Source: Candidatus Aminicenantes bacterium UBA2199 (lineage in GTDB: Bacteria > Acidobacteriota > Aminicenantia > UBA2199). From it: a stretch of 64,000 bases of DNA. The notes beneath the pieces were generated by a model that made no database searches, was not told where the DNA came from, and saw only the letters and a list, made by a program, of their open reading frames with translations. The DNA is taken from positions 16,659 to 80,658 of the forward strand of contig DCVB01000095.1 of the NCBI GenBank assembly GCA_002327965.1, written 5' to 3'. Position 1 is the first letter of the stretch. Every line of letters begins with the position of its first letter. Below, piece after piece: positions 35,862 through 45,307 of the stretch. A program made the translations under genes and the position numbers.

Positions 35862-36454
35862 GACCTCGACCTCGTATACGTCGCGGTGAGCACCGACACG
35901 CTGCCTGCACGGCCGGCGAAAAGCAGGGCGGCGGTCGCCGCCTTCAGCGTCTCGCCCGAACGGAACAGGTCGTCAAAAAGCAGCAGGTGCATGCCGGCAT
36001 AGCGCGAGTCGGCGACGGCAAAGGCGTTGTCCAGTTCCGCGCGGCGTTCGCGCGTATCCTCCATGTTTTTCAGGGCCGGCGTGGCCTTGACCTTCAGCAG
36101 GTAGTCGTCGGGGGCGGGCAGGGAGAGCCCGGCGCCGATGGCCGCCGCCAGCTCCACGACAGGCTGGAATGCGCGGTCCATGTTCGACGGCGGCACCGGC
36201 AACACGGCGTGGATGGCGGCGAATTCGAGCCGGTTGCAAACGAATTCCGCCGCGGCGCGGGCGATGGGCTCGATCTGGCCCCGGTCCAGGCGGTATTTCA
36301 GGCGGTAGAGCGCCTCGCCGATTTCGCTGCGCTCGGTCGCGAAGCGGTCGTACTTCGAGCGTTCGCCGTCCCCCGGGCGGCTGCTGAGCGTGTGGCGGTC
36401 GAGGGCCCAGCCGTGGGCCCAATTGCCGTAAATCGGTTTGGGATTCAGTTCCAT
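35858..36454 (-). CDS. Phosphoribosyltransferase-domain protein (ComF-like core without N-terminal zinc ribbon; possible ShosT-like)
   Basis: PRPP-binding loop LLLFDDLFRSGETL. ComF-type fold, but no CxxC pairs in the N-terminus. Translationally coupled to the DprA-like gene. Confidence 0.65.
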   Translation of the reverse strand: MELNPKPIYGNWAHGWALDRHTLSSRPGDGERSKYDRFATERSEIGEALYRLKYRLDRGQIEPIARAAAEFVCNRLEFAAIHAVLPVPPSNMDRAFQPVVELAAAIGAGLSLPAPDDYLLKVKATPALKNMEDTRERRAELDNAFAVADSRYAGMHLLLFDDLFRSGETLKAATAALLFAGRAGSVSVLTATYTRSRS

Positions 36455-36586
36455 TTTGCCGCCAAGGATACATGATAATGGAATCGCTGCCGGGTGACAA
36501 GGGACGCGAGACGGGCAGGAGAAAGCGATCGGTGAACGGCGCAGGGTATCCGCTTCAGGGCAAGGGGAAACGTCAACTCAGGTTTG

Positions 36587-36895
36587 CTAATCTTCCAGTT
36601 GCACCTTGATCCCGCCGGTGATCGCCGTCACCAAGTTGAACAGGGCGGCCCCGATGAGGCCGGTAACGAAACCGATCACGGCGTACATGACGGGCAGGAT
36701 GATCAGCGCCGCCATGCCCAGGCCGGCACCGAAGGCGGGCAGGGCCTCGCCCCCTTCGATGAAGCGACCGGCGAATGCCTGCCAGATGAAGCCGAAAAAG
36801 GCGATCATGACTCCGATCAGCAGGCCGACCATGGCCAGCAGCACGGTCTGGAACTTGGCGAACGACAACACGTCGATCTTCCTCAATGTCTTCAT
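36587..36895 (-). CDS. Small membrane protein (3 predicted TM helices), unknown function
   Basis: Strong AAGGAGG SD 6 nt upstream of ATG 36895 (MKTLRKIDVLSF...). Glycine-rich hydrophobic helices. Confidence 0.6.
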   Translation of the reverse strand: MKTLRKIDVLSFAKFQTVLLAMVGLLIGVMIAFFGFIWQAFAGRFIEGGEALPAFGAGLGMAALIILPVMYAVIGFVTGLIGAALFNLVTAITGGIKVQLED

Positions 36896-36952
36896 TTTAT
36901 TCCTCCTTAAAAAAGCGGAGCATCGGGTCCTGGCCGCGCACGGCAAATGACC

Positions 36953-37759
36953 TCATCTCACGAAGCGGTTAAAGGCCCTCTCCGCCCCGATCGTCGTCGC
37001 CGGGCCGTGGCCGGGGAAGACCCGGGTCAGCGGGGGCAAAGGCAGGAGCCGCCTGCGAATGCTGTCGATCTCCAGTTGCAGGTTCGCCCGGCGCTGCCGG
37101 GGTGTCCCGCCGTGGCCCTTGCCGATGCCGCCGGCAAAAAGGGTATCCCCGGAAAAAAGGATATCCCCGATCTTTAGGCAGACGCTCCCCGGTGAATGAC
37201 CGGGCGTGCGGATGATCTCGACCTCCAGGCTGCCCAGCCGCAGGCGGCCATCCTCGGGATAATCGCTGAAAACGAACTCCGGGCCGGTGGTTTTCGCCGC
37301 CAGGGAGCGATCGGCGCGGTGCAGGTAAAAACGTGTCTCCAGGCTGGCGGCGATGCGGGCGTTGCCGCCGACATGGTCGTAATGGCCGTGGGTGTTCAGC
37401 ACGGCCAGCACCTGGAGCCCCTGCTTGCGGACGAAGTCCAGCAGCACCGGGGCGGGGGCGCCGGGATCGATGACCAGCGCCTGCCTCGTGCCGGGGTCCC
37501 AGACCAGGTAACAGTTCATCGTCCAGCCGCCGTCCAGCGACAGGACAAAGGCCTTCACCTGCGGGCCGGCCGCCGCTTCCTCGAAAAACCCGAGACCGGG
37601 GTCGGCCTGGGCCGCGAGGCCCGCTCCCAGAACAACCAGCAGCGTAAGGGTCCAAAAGGCACGCATCATGGCCGGTTTGTACCACGGCGGCAGCCGGTTG
37701 TCAAAACAGGGGAACGGAGGGCGGGTGAAAAAGGCCCGCATCAGCCCCAGCCGTTGCAT
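36953..37759 (-). CDS. MBL-fold metallo-hydrolase (glyoxalase II-like), probably exported
   Basis: HxHxDH motif LNTHGHYDHVGGN and TPGHSPGS. A GAGGA SD supports ATG 37759. The alternative start 37669 (MMRAFWTLTLLVVLGAGLAAQA) looks like a signal peptide. Confidence 0.8.
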   Translation of the reverse strand: MQRLGLMRAFFTRPPFPCFDNRLPPWYKPAMMRAFWTLTLLVVLGAGLAAQADPGLGFFEEAAAGPQVKAFVLSLDGGWTMNCYLVWDPGTRQALVIDPGAPAPVLLDFVRKQGLQVLAVLNTHGHYDHVGGNARIAASLETRFYLHRADRSLAAKTTGPEFVFSDYPEDGRLRLGSLEVEIIRTPGHSPGSVCLKIGDILFSGDTLFAGGIGKGHGGTPRQRRANLQLEIDSIRRRLLPLPPLTRVFPGHGPATTIGAERAFNRFVR

Positions 37760-37782
37760 TTCTTTCCTCGTCCCCCTACAAT
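37754..37782 (+). promoter_or_regulatory. Candidate promoter giving a leaderless transcript for small ORF 37789
   Basis: TTGCAT-17 nt-TACAAT, ending 6 nt before the ATG. Confidence 0.35.
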
Positions 37783-37788
37783 AACGCC

Positions 37789-38004
37789 ATGAACGAAACC
37801 AACAAAAACTTCTTCTGGGGAGTCGTCCTCGGCGCCGCGGCGGCGGCCCTGGCCGGAGCCGTGGCCTTGGCCAGGTCGTTCCGCAGTTCCACCAGCGGCG
37901 GTCAGACCATGGCGCCGCCCGCGCGAAAAAAGAGCGCATCGCCGGCGCGCCGGTCCAGGTCCTCAACGGCCGCGGTGAAAAAGACCACCCGGCGCATGGC
38001 CTAA
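37789..38004 (+). CDS. Small hypothetical protein with one TM helix and basic C-terminal tail (YtxH-like appearance)
   Basis: 71 aa ORF (FFWGVVLGAAAAALAGAVALA, then an R/K/S-rich tail). No SD, but TTGCAT-17-TACAAT ends 6 nt upstream of the ATG (leaderless arrangement). Confidence 0.4.
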   Translation: MNETNKNFFWGVVLGAAAAALAGAVALARSFRSSTSGGQTMAPPARKKSASPARRSRSSTAAVKKTTRRMA

Positions 38005-38138
38005 CCTGAAAGCACCGCAGCGGGCGGCCGGCGGAGGCATTTTTCTAAAAAATTCTGGCCGGCGCTAACCCTTTGGCCTCCGGGGCCGTATATTGGACAA
38101 TGGCCCAGAAAACCAGACCGCTGCCATGGAGGACATTC

Positions 38139-41100
38139 ATGAACCTTTCCATTGACAAGGCCCTGAGATCGTTCTGCACTGCGTTCCTTTTCGCCTGGAT
38201 CCTGGGGGCGCTGCCGCTCCCGGCGCAGGACCAGCCCCTGTGGCTGCGCTACCCGGCGATCTCCCCCGACGGTTCCAGCATTCTCTTCTGCTACCAGGGC
38301 GACATCTACAAGGTACCCGCCGGCGGCGGCCAGGCCGTGCCACTGACCATCGGCGAGTCCCACGAGTTCGCCCCGGTCTGGAGCCATGACGGCCGCACCA
38401 TCGCCTTCGCCTCCGACCGCCACGGAAATTTCGACGTCTTCGTCGTTTCCGCCGCCGGCGGCGAAGCCCGGCGCCTGACCTTTCATTCGCGCAACGACAT
38501 CCCCAGCGGTTTCAGCGCCGACGACCGGAGCGTCTTTTTCAACCAGGTGCGCAAGGACCTGGCCAGCGACGCCCAGTTCCCGACCCCGGCGCTGCCGGAG
38601 CTCTACAGCGTCCCGGTGCAGGGCGGCGAGATCGCGCTGGTCCTGACCCACGCGGCGATCGCGGCCACGGTCAGTCCGGACGGCGGCAGGATCATCTACC
38701 ACGACCAGAAGGGCTACGAGAACGACTGGCGCAAGCATCACACATCCGCCGTGACGCGTGATATCTGGGTCCATGACCTGCAGGCCCGGACGTATACGAA
38801 GCTCACCGACTTCGCCGGCGAGGACCGCAACCCCGTGTTCGCCGCCAACGGCGACGATTTCTACTACCTCAGCGAGCAGGGCGGATCGTTCAATATCCGC
38901 AAAAGTTCGCTGCGCAACCCGGCGGAGTCCGTTGCCCTGACCCACTTCACGAAGAATCCCGTCCGCTTTTTGAGTTGTTCCGCCGCCGACCGCCTGTGCT
39001 TCGGCTACGACGGCGAGATCTACACCCTCGATGCCGGCGCCGCGCCGCGCCGGGTCGACGTGCGCATCGCCCAGGACGGCCGGCAGGTCCTGGTCAAGCC
39101 CGTGCCGGTCGCCGGCGGCGTCACGCAGATGCGTCTCTCGCCCAATGGCAAGGAGATCGCCTACGTTTTCCGCGGCGAGATCTTCGTCGGCAGCGTCGAA
39201 GGCGGCGTCGGCAAGCGCATCACCCATACTCCCGGGCAGGAGCGCAGCGTCAGCTTCAGCCCTGACGGCCGCAGCCTGGTCTACGCGGCCGAACGCGACA
39301 ACAACTGGAACGTGTACACCACCTCGATCGTGCGCCGGGAGGAGCCCTATTTCTACGCCGCGACCCTGCTCAAGGAGGAGCCGCTGGTGGCGACCGCGGC
39401 CGAGGAGTTCCAGCCCGAGTACTCCCCCGACGGCAAGGAGGTGGCCTACCTCGAGGACCGGGTCGTTCTCAAGGTCATCAACCTGGCCTCAGGGAAGACG
39501 CGGACGATCCTGCCGGCCGAGCACAACTATTCCTATGCCGACGGCGACCAGGATTACGCCTGGAGCCCCGACGGCAAGTGGTTCCTGGTTCAGTTCGGCT
39601 ACGTGCGCCTGTTCACCGCCCAGGTCGGGCTGGTCGCCAGCGACGGCAAGGGCAAGATCATCAACCTCACCAAAAGCGGCTTCGACAACTTCGGCGCCCG
39701 CTGGGGCATGGGCGGCACCATGATGTTCTACGGCTGCACGCACGACGGCGCGGCCAACGTCTCCGGCTCGCCGGTAACCTACGACATCTACGGCATGTTC
39801 TTCACCCGCGATGCCCATGACCGCTACCTGCTCTCCAAGCCCGATCTCGCGCTGCTGAAGGAGGGGGAGGAGAAGGCCAAAGGCGAGACGGACAAGGCCA
39901 GTGAAGGGAAGGGGAAGGAGGCCAGGAAGGCGGAAGCCAAAAAGGACATCGTCATCGAGCTCGAGGGGCTCGATCAGCGCAAGGCGCGCTTCACCATCCG
40001 TTCCGCCGATATCGCCGGCGCCGCGCTCAGCCTGGACGGAGAGAAGCTCTTCTACCTGGCCCGCTTCGAGAATGGCTACGACTTGTGGCAGACCGAGCTG
40101 CGGTCGAAAGAGACCAAGCTTTTGACCAAGCTCAACGCCGAGCGGGCGGCCATGGAACTCGCGGCCGACGGCAAGACCCTTTTCGTGCTGGCCGAAGGCC
40201 GGGTCAGCAAGATCGACCTCGAAAGCGGCAAGGCCGAGCCCGTCGCCATCGGCAATGAAATGTTCCTTGATGCCGGCGCCGAAAAGGCCTACATGTTCGA
40301 TCACATGTGGCGGCAGATCCGGCAGAAATTCCTGGTCGCCGACCTCTACGGCGCCGACTGGGACTTCTATTATGAAACCTACCGCAAATTCCTGCCCCAC
40401 ATCACCAGCAACTACGATTACGCGGAGATGGTCAGCGAGATGCTCGGCGAGCTGAACGCCTCCCACACCGGCTGCTACTACTCCCCGCCGCGCGCGCCCG
40501 AGGCCGATGCCAGCGCCTCCCTGGGCTTTTTCCGTGACTACGGCCACGCGGGCCCGGGCATCCGCATAGCGGAGATCCTGCCCGGCGGCCCGCTCGACAA
40601 GGCCGCCCTGCGCATCCGCGCCGGCCACGTGATCGAGAAAATCGACGGCGCGGCCCTGGACGGCAGCTTTGACCACGCCCGGCTGCTGAACCGCAAGGCC
40701 GGCCAGCTCATCCTGCTCTCGGTGTTCGATCCGGCCGCGAAGCAGCGCTGGGATGAGACGGTCAAGCCCATCGACCTGAACGAGGAGGCGCCGCTGGTGT
40801 ACCGCCGCTGGGTTCGCGCCCGCCGCGCCGAAGTCGAGCGCCTCTCCGGCGGCCGCATCGGCTACGTCCACGTGCGAGGCATGAACGATGCCAGCATGCG
40901 CACGGTGATCGAGGAGGTGCTCGGCCTGAGCATCGACAAGGAAGCCCTGATCGTCGACACGCGCTTCAACGGCGGCGGCAACCTCCACGACCAGCTGGCC
41001 GATTTCCTCGCCGGCAGGAAGGTCTTCGACATCGTCCCCCGCGGCCAGCTGGTCGGCTACGAGCCCTACGACAAGTGGATCAAGCCCTCGATCGTCGTGA

Positions 41101-41405
41101 TGGGCGAGGGCAACTACTCCGACGCCCACCTGTTCCCGGTGGAATACAAGATCCGCGGCATCGGCAAGACGCTGGGCATGCCCGTGCCCGGCACGGGGAC
41201 ATTCGTCTGGTGGGAGCGGCAGATCGACCCGACCCTGCGCTTCGGCATCCCCCAGGGCGGCTGGCGCACCCCGGAGGGCATCCTCTGCGAGAACAACCAG
41301 CTCGAGCCCGACATCCCGGTCAGGAACGATCCCGACGTCCTGGCGCTCGGGCGCGACCAGCAGATCGAGGCGGCGGTAGCAGAGCTGTTAAAAGAAAGGA
41401 AGTGA
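38139..41405 (+). CDS. Tricorn protease homolog (beta-propellers + PDZ + S41 peptidase)
   Basis: GGAGGA SD upstream of ATG 38139 and a signal peptide. TolB-like repeats (YPAISPDGSSILFCYQGDIYKVPAGGG), PDZ (GIRIAEILPGGPLD), S41 core (LIVDTRFNGGGNLHDQL). Confidence 0.85.
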   Translation: MNLSIDKALRSFCTAFLFAWILGALPLPAQDQPLWLRYPAISPDGSSILFCYQGDIYKVPAGGGQAVPLTIGESHEFAPVWSHDGRTIAFASDRHGNFDVFVVSAAGGEARRLTFHSRNDIPSGFSADDRSVFFNQVRKDLASDAQFPTPALPELYSVPVQGGEIALVLTHAAIAATVSPDGGRIIYHDQKGYENDWRKHHTSAVTRDIWVHDLQARTYTKLTDFAGEDRNPVFAANGDDFYYLSEQGGSFNIRKSSLRNPAESVALTHFTKNPVRFLSCSAADRLCFGYDGEIYTLDAGAAPRRVDVRIAQDGRQVLVKPVPVAGGVTQMRLSPNGKEIAYVFRGEIFVGSVEGGVGKRITHTPGQERSVSFSPDGRSLVYAAERDNNWNVYTTSIVRREEPYFYAATLLKEEPLVATAAEEFQPEYSPDGKEVAYLEDRVVLKVINLASGKTRTILPAEHNYSYADGDQDYAWSPDGKWFLVQFGYVRLFTAQVGLVASDGKGKIINLTKSGFDNFGARWGMGGTMMFYGCTHDGAANVSGSPVTYDIYGMFFTRDAHDRYLLSKPDLALLKEGEEKAKGETDKASEGKGKEARKAEAKKDIVIELEGLDQRKARFTIRSADIAGAALSLDGEKLFYLARFENGYDLWQTELRSKETKLLTKLNAERAAMELAADGKTLFVLAEGRVSKIDLESGKAEPVAIGNEMFLDAGAEKAYMFDHMWRQIRQKFLVADLYGADWDFYYETYRKFLPHITSNYDYAEMVSEMLGELNASHTGCYYSPPRAPEADASASLGFFRDYGHAGPGIRIAEILPGGPLDKAALRIRAGHVIEKIDGAALDGSFDHARLLNRKAGQLILLSVFDPAAKQRWDETVKPIDLNEEAPLVYRRWVRARRAEVERLSGGRIGYVHVRGMNDASMRTVIEEVLGLSIDKEALIVDTRFNGGGNLHDQLADFLAGRKVFDIVPRGQLVGYEPYDKWIKPSIVVMGEGNYSDAHLFPVEYKIRGIGKTLGMPVPGTGTFVWWERQIDPTLRFGIPQGGWRTPEGILCENNQLEPDIPVRNDPDVLALGRDQQIEAAVAELLKERK

Positions 41406-41413
41406 AGCCCCAA

Positions 41414-41499
41414 GTAACGAGTGACAAGTGACGAGGAACAGCAGGGTTCGATCTCCTGCGGCTTCCTTCCCTTGTCACTCGTCATTTTTCACTTGTCAC
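41414..41499. repeat. Inverted pair GTRACRA x3 / TNGTCAY x4 downstream of the tricorn gene
   Basis: gtaacga gtgacaa gtgacga (41414-41434) - 37 nt - ttgtcac tcgtcat ttttcac ttgtcac (41472-41499). cgagtgacaag pairs with cttgtcactcg. Confidence 0.9.
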
Positions 41500-41526
41500 C
41501 AGGATTAGTCCCGATCAGGCGCTGGG

Positions 41527-41555
41527 TTGCCAATCGTCCCGGCGCCGGCTAGAAT
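41527..41555 (+). promoter_or_regulatory. Promoter giving a leaderless transcript for the HExxH protein gene
   Basis: TTGCCA-17 nt-TAGAAT, ending 5 nt before ATG 41561. No SD. Confidence 0.5.
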
Positions 41556-41560
41556 GAGCC

Positions 41561-42364
41561 ATGGAAAAAATAACCCTGGACGGCATTACGCTGTTCTTTG
41601 CTGCCCGGGATCGCGAGGCGGCCGGATGGATGGGCGCCGCCGCCGGGGAGGCGCTGCGCCTGGTTCGCGAACGCTGGGGGCTGGCGCCGCGGGGCGGGTT
41701 CCAGGTCCACGCCATGACCTCGTGGGCCGGATTTCTCGTCGCCACCGCTCCCTGGTCACTGCGCCCCTGGCTGGTCCTCTCCCTGCCCCTTTGGGTTTCC
41801 CGGGTCGCAAAGACCTGGAGAATGGCCGGCGGCTGGACGCAGCGCTTCGGCAGCAGGGTGGCGGTGGGAGTCAAGCCGCCGCGCCTGCTACTGGCCGCCG
41901 ACCGCTCCCTGGGCGAGCGGCTTTTCCTGTCCGAGCCCGACGTGCAGGGCAAAGTGCGGCAGATCACCTGGCACGAAACGGTCCATGCCTGCTCGCTCCA
42001 TCACAAGCTCCCTGCCTGGCTGAACGAAGGGCTGGCCATGGTTGCCGTCGACCGGCTCGCAGGCAAGCCGACCGTCCGCCCCGAGACCCTGTCCTGGCTT
42101 TTGGAGTCGGCCAAGACGAAGCCGGGCCGCCGCTATCCGTCCCATTATCGGGGCAACGGCGAGGCATTCCTGAGCCTCTACGCCCGGGGCTACTGGCGGG
42201 TGCGCTTCCTGGAGGAGACGCGGTCCGGGCTGCTGAAGGAGCTCCTGGCCGTGAGACGCAGTCCAGATGAATGGCTGCCCCCTTTCGCCGAAGCCTGCGG
42301 GCTCCCTGATGGCTCCGGCTGGGCGGAAGTGGACCTGGCTGTGGTCAGGCACTTCGAGCAATAG
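41561..42364 (+). CDS. Putative zinc metallopeptidase (HExxH, peptidase-MA-like)
   Basis: HETVH motif followed by NEGLAMV, as in gluzincin-type proteins. Full TTGCCA-17-TAGAAT promoter ends 5 nt before the ATG (leaderless). Confidence 0.55.
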   Translation: MEKITLDGITLFFAARDREAAGWMGAAAGEALRLVRERWGLAPRGGFQVHAMTSWAGFLVATAPWSLRPWLVLSLPLWVSRVAKTWRMAGGWTQRFGSRVAVGVKPPRLLLAADRSLGERLFLSEPDVQGKVRQITWHETVHACSLHHKLPAWLNEGLAMVAVDRLAGKPTVRPETLSWLLESAKTKPGRRYPSHYRGNGEAFLSLYARGYWRVRFLEETRSGLLKELLAVRRSPDEWLPPFAEACGLPDGSGWAEVDLAVVRHFEQ

Positions 42365-42378
42365 CCCCGGCGTGTGGC

Positions 42379-42478
42379 TTAAGGCGTAAGGTGGAATTCC
42401 TTTCTTCCCATAAACCTTAAGCCTTCTACCTTAAACCGATTTCATCTCAAGGCAGTCACCGTCTACCGTAAACCGATT
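42379..42478. repeat. Mosaic: TTAAGGC/GTAAGGT, CTTNNNC heptamers x4, ACCGTNN heptamers x3
   Basis: ttaaggc gtaaggt (42379-42392); cataaac cttaagc cttctac cttaaac (42409-42436); accgtct accgtaa accgatt (42458-42478). aaaccgatttc occurs twice. Confidence 0.85.
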
Positions 42479-42508
42479 TCAAGAACAGCAAATGACACTG
42501 CCTTCGAT

Positions 42509-43591
42509 TTAGGGCAATTGCAATTCTTTCCTCAGCAGCATATGCAAACGCCGGCGCACGACATTGAAATCCTCCTTCTTCACCCGCGGGTGGACGCGGT
42601 TGCTGAAAATGATCCATTGGCGCTCGCCCGCCGCCTCCAGCCAAAGCGACGTGCCGGTGAAGCCGTTGTGGCCGGCGGCCGAAGCCGGCAGGGCCCGGCC
42701 CGCCGACGTGCGCGGAGTGGAGTTTAATTGGAACCCCAGGCTCCGTCCGGCGCCCAGGCCGGGGGTCAGGTCGCGCCAGAAGAGGGCGACGGTCTCCGCC
42801 TTGAGCAGGGTGGCGGCGGCGGGAAAGAATTCCCTCCCCAACTTGAATACATCGTGGGCAGTGGCGAAGAGGCCGGCGTTGCCGGCGCTGCCCCCGGCGT
42901 AGAAGGAATTGGCGTCGTGGGTCTCGCCGCGGATCAGTCCGCAGCGCCAGCGGAAGCGCGCCGCGGCCGGGTCGTGTTCGCCGCGGCACATCCCTTTCTC
43001 ATAGCGGTTGCCGACCTCGGTGGGCGCGCAGCGCGCCTGCAGCCCGGGCGGCGCTCCCAAAAAAGTGGCGCGCAATCGCAGCGGCTCGAAGATCACCCGC
43101 GCGGCCAGCTCAGGAAAACGGGCGCCGGATACCTTTTCCAGCAGGTGCTTCAACAGGATGTAGCCGACGTCGGAATAGACCACCCGCGTCCCCGGCGCGG
43201 CGGCGTCGCAGAGCGGCGTTGCCTGGGCCAGGTCGCCGAGGGGGCGGTAGAGGTAAAATGGGTGCCAGGGCCGCAGCCCGGCGCTGTGAGTCAGCAGCTG
43301 CCCCAGGGTGACCGGCAGCGCCCGCAGTTCCGGCAGGAAGCGGCGCGCTTCGTCCTGCAGCCGCCATTGCCCCCTTTCCAGAAAATGGGCGGCCAGGAAG
43401 GCGGTGACCAATGGTTTGGTCAGCGAGGCCAAATCGTAGAGGGTATCGCCATCCAGCGGCTCGGGGTCGGGCCAGGAGGCGCGCCTGCCGAAGCAGCGCT
43501 CGTACAGGATGCGCTCGCCGGCGGCAACCAGGATGGACACGCCCGGAAAGGTCTTTCTTTCGATCTGGCGCCGGATGAAAAACTCAAGCAT
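42509..43591 (-). CDS. Serine hydrolase, beta-lactamase class C / PBP4*-like family
   Basis: ATG 43591 (MLEFFIRRQIERKTFPG). SxxK motif LASLTKPL and a YSD/YSN-like motif (VVYSDVGY). Confidence 0.8.
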   Translation of the reverse strand: MLEFFIRRQIERKTFPGVSILVAAGERILYERCFGRRASWPDPEPLDGDTLYDLASLTKPLVTAFLAAHFLERGQWRLQDEARRFLPELRALPVTLGQLLTHSAGLRPWHPFYLYRPLGDLAQATPLCDAAAPGTRVVYSDVGYILLKHLLEKVSGARFPELAARVIFEPLRLRATFLGAPPGLQARCAPTEVGNRYEKGMCRGEHDPAAARFRWRCGLIRGETHDANSFYAGGSAGNAGLFATAHDVFKLGREFFPAAATLLKAETVALFWRDLTPGLGAGRSLGFQLNSTPRTSAGRALPASAAGHNGFTGTSLWLEAAGERQWIIFSNRVHPRVKKEDFNVVRRRLHMLLRKELQLP

Positions 43592-44501
43592 CCGCGGTAG
43601 ACTGCAGCGCGGCGGAGATGGCCAGCGCCAGCTCGAGTGCCGCCCGGCCGTCGCGGCCGCTGACGACGAACTCGCCCTCGCCGGCGACGGTGCGCCGGAA
43701 ATTCTGCCACAGGCTGGCCAGCGGCTCGACATCCTCGATGCGCGGGTACTCCTCGACGATCCGGCCCTCGCGCAGCTGGAACATCTTCACGCTGCGTTCC
43801 TTGTAATCCACCGAGAGGTAAAGGTTTTTCTGGAACAGGCGCAGTTTGCGCGTCTTTTCCTGGGAAACGCGGCTGGCGGTCACGTTGGCCACCAGGCCGG
43901 AATGGAACTCCAGGCGCACGTTGGCGATGTCGATCCGCCGCGAGATGATCGGCACGCCGCTGGCGCGGATCTCGCGCACCCCGGAGCGGTCCCACTGCAG
44001 GATGATGTCCAGGTCGTGGATCATCAGGTCCATGATGACGTCGATGTCCAGCGAGCGCGGCGAAAAGGAGCCCAGGCGCTGCACCTCGATGAACAGGGGG
44101 CTGGCGACCAGCCGCCCGGCATACTCAACCGCCGGGTTGAAGCGCTCCAGGTGGCCCACGGCCAGTACCCGCCGGTTCGCCGCGGCCAGGGCGATCAGCT
44201 CATCGGCTTCCGCCAGCGTGCGGCTGATCGGCTTCTCGACCAGAACGTGCTTGCCGTTCTCAAGGAAGAGGCGGCAAAGGGCGAAGTGCTCCAGGGTCGG
44301 CGCCGCCACGACGACGGCATCCACCAGCGGCAGGGCCTGGCGGGGGTCCTGCAGCAAGGGGATGCCGTAGGGCCCGGCGTTCTTCTCCAGGTTCGCCGCC
44401 AGGACGTCGACGGCGCAGGTCAGCCGCAATCCGGGGGTTTTCGCCAGCACGCGCAAATGATTGGCGCCCATGGCGCCGGTCCCGATCACTCCGATCCTCA
44501 T
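43584..44501 (-). CDS. Gfo/Idh/MocA family NAD-dependent oxidoreductase (GnnA-like position in the lipid A cluster)
   Basis: ATG 44501 (MRIGVIGTGAMGANHLRVL), EKP motif (HVLVEKPIS). ATGA overlap with the lpxI stop. The upstream part of the 526 aa track ORF is an artefact. Confidence 0.8.
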   Translation of the reverse strand: MRIGVIGTGAMGANHLRVLAKTPGLRLTCAVDVLAANLEKNAGPYGIPLLQDPRQALPLVDAVVVAAPTLEHFALCRLFLENGKHVLVEKPISRTLAEADELIALAAANRRVLAVGHLERFNPAVEYAGRLVASPLFIEVQRLGSFSPRSLDIDVIMDLMIHDLDIILQWDRSGVREIRASGVPIISRRIDIANVRLEFHSGLVANVTASRVSQEKTRKLRLFQKNLYLSVDYKERSVKMFQLREGRIVEEYPRIEDVEPLASLWQNFRRTVAGEGEFVVSGRDGRAALELALAISAALQSTADA

Positions 44502-45307
44502 GTTCTCCCCAATAGGATGATCTTGCTTCGCCGCGCCCGCTCGGCCAGTGAGGCGGGATCGAGCAGCAGCGTCCGGCCCGCTTCCAGCACGAATGCCGCC
44601 GCCCCGGCCGTGGCCAGCACATCCAGGGTGCGCGGGCCCGCCACCGGCAGGTCGAAGCGCATGTCCTGGCCCGGCCGGCTGACCTTGGCCACGACCAGTC
44701 CGGGTCCGGCGATGGCCGCCGCCCGCTCGATGGCGCGGTCGGTCCCTTCCATGGCTTCCACGGCCACGACGGCCCTGTCCTTGACGCACACCGTCTGGCC
44801 GATATCCAACTGAGCGAGGCCCCAGGCCTTTTGCCAGGCAAAATCGATGTCGGCGCGCAGGGCCTTGGTCAGCCGCAGGCGCGGGGTGTAGTTCTGGGCC
44901 GCCACCAGGTGTTCCTTGAGAAAGAAAGAAGAATCGATGATCTCGATGCCCTCGCCGGCCAGGAAGTCGGCCAGCGCCGCCAGCAGCGACGTGGTGGTGC
45001 GGTCGCGGACGCCGGCCAGGAAGCGCAGGAACTTGGCATCGGCCGCCATGGCCGAGAAGACCGACGCGTGCGGGACGCGGCCGATCATCAGCGCCCGCTC
45101 CACGCCGCGGCTCTTGAAATAGCGGATAAGCCCGCCCAAGCGGCCGAGCGGGAATTCGGCCCATTCGTCGGCTTCCGCGGCCAGGTCGGCTGCGGCGGCC
45201 CCGCGGACGGAGGCGACCACGGTACGCCAGCCCAGGCGCCGCGCCGCCTGGCAGGTCAGCAGCGGCAGGGGCGGCTCGCCGGCGATGATGCCGATCGTCT
45301 CAGCCAT
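44498..45307 (-). CDS. lpxI: UDP-2,3-diacylglucosamine diphosphatase LpxI (DUF1009)
   Basis: 269 aa. MAETIGIIAGEPPLPLL start and the two-domain LpxI pattern. Located immediately downstream of lpxA. Confidence 0.75.
   Translation of the reverse strand: MAETIGIIAGEPPLPLLTCQAARRLGWRTVVASVRGAAAADLAAEADEWAEFPLGRLGGLIRYFKSRGVERALMIGRVPHASVFSAMAADAKFLRFLAGVRDRTTTSLLAALADFLAGEGIEIIDSSFFLKEHLVAAQNYTPRLRLTKALRADIDFAWQKAWGLAQLDIGQTVCVKDRAVVAVEAMEGTDRAIERAAAIAGPGLVVAKVSRPGQDMRFDLPVAGPRTLDVLATAGAAAFVLEAGRTLLLDPASLAERARRSKIILLGRT

Noticed and set aside
41437-41462. tRNA-like T-arm (GCAGG GTTCGATCT CCTGC) between the heptamer arrays downstream of the tricorn gene.
   Set aside because: The loop is 9 nt rather than 7. 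There is no acceptor, D or anticodon arm in the flanks. The hairpin is just the centre of the inverted array pair.
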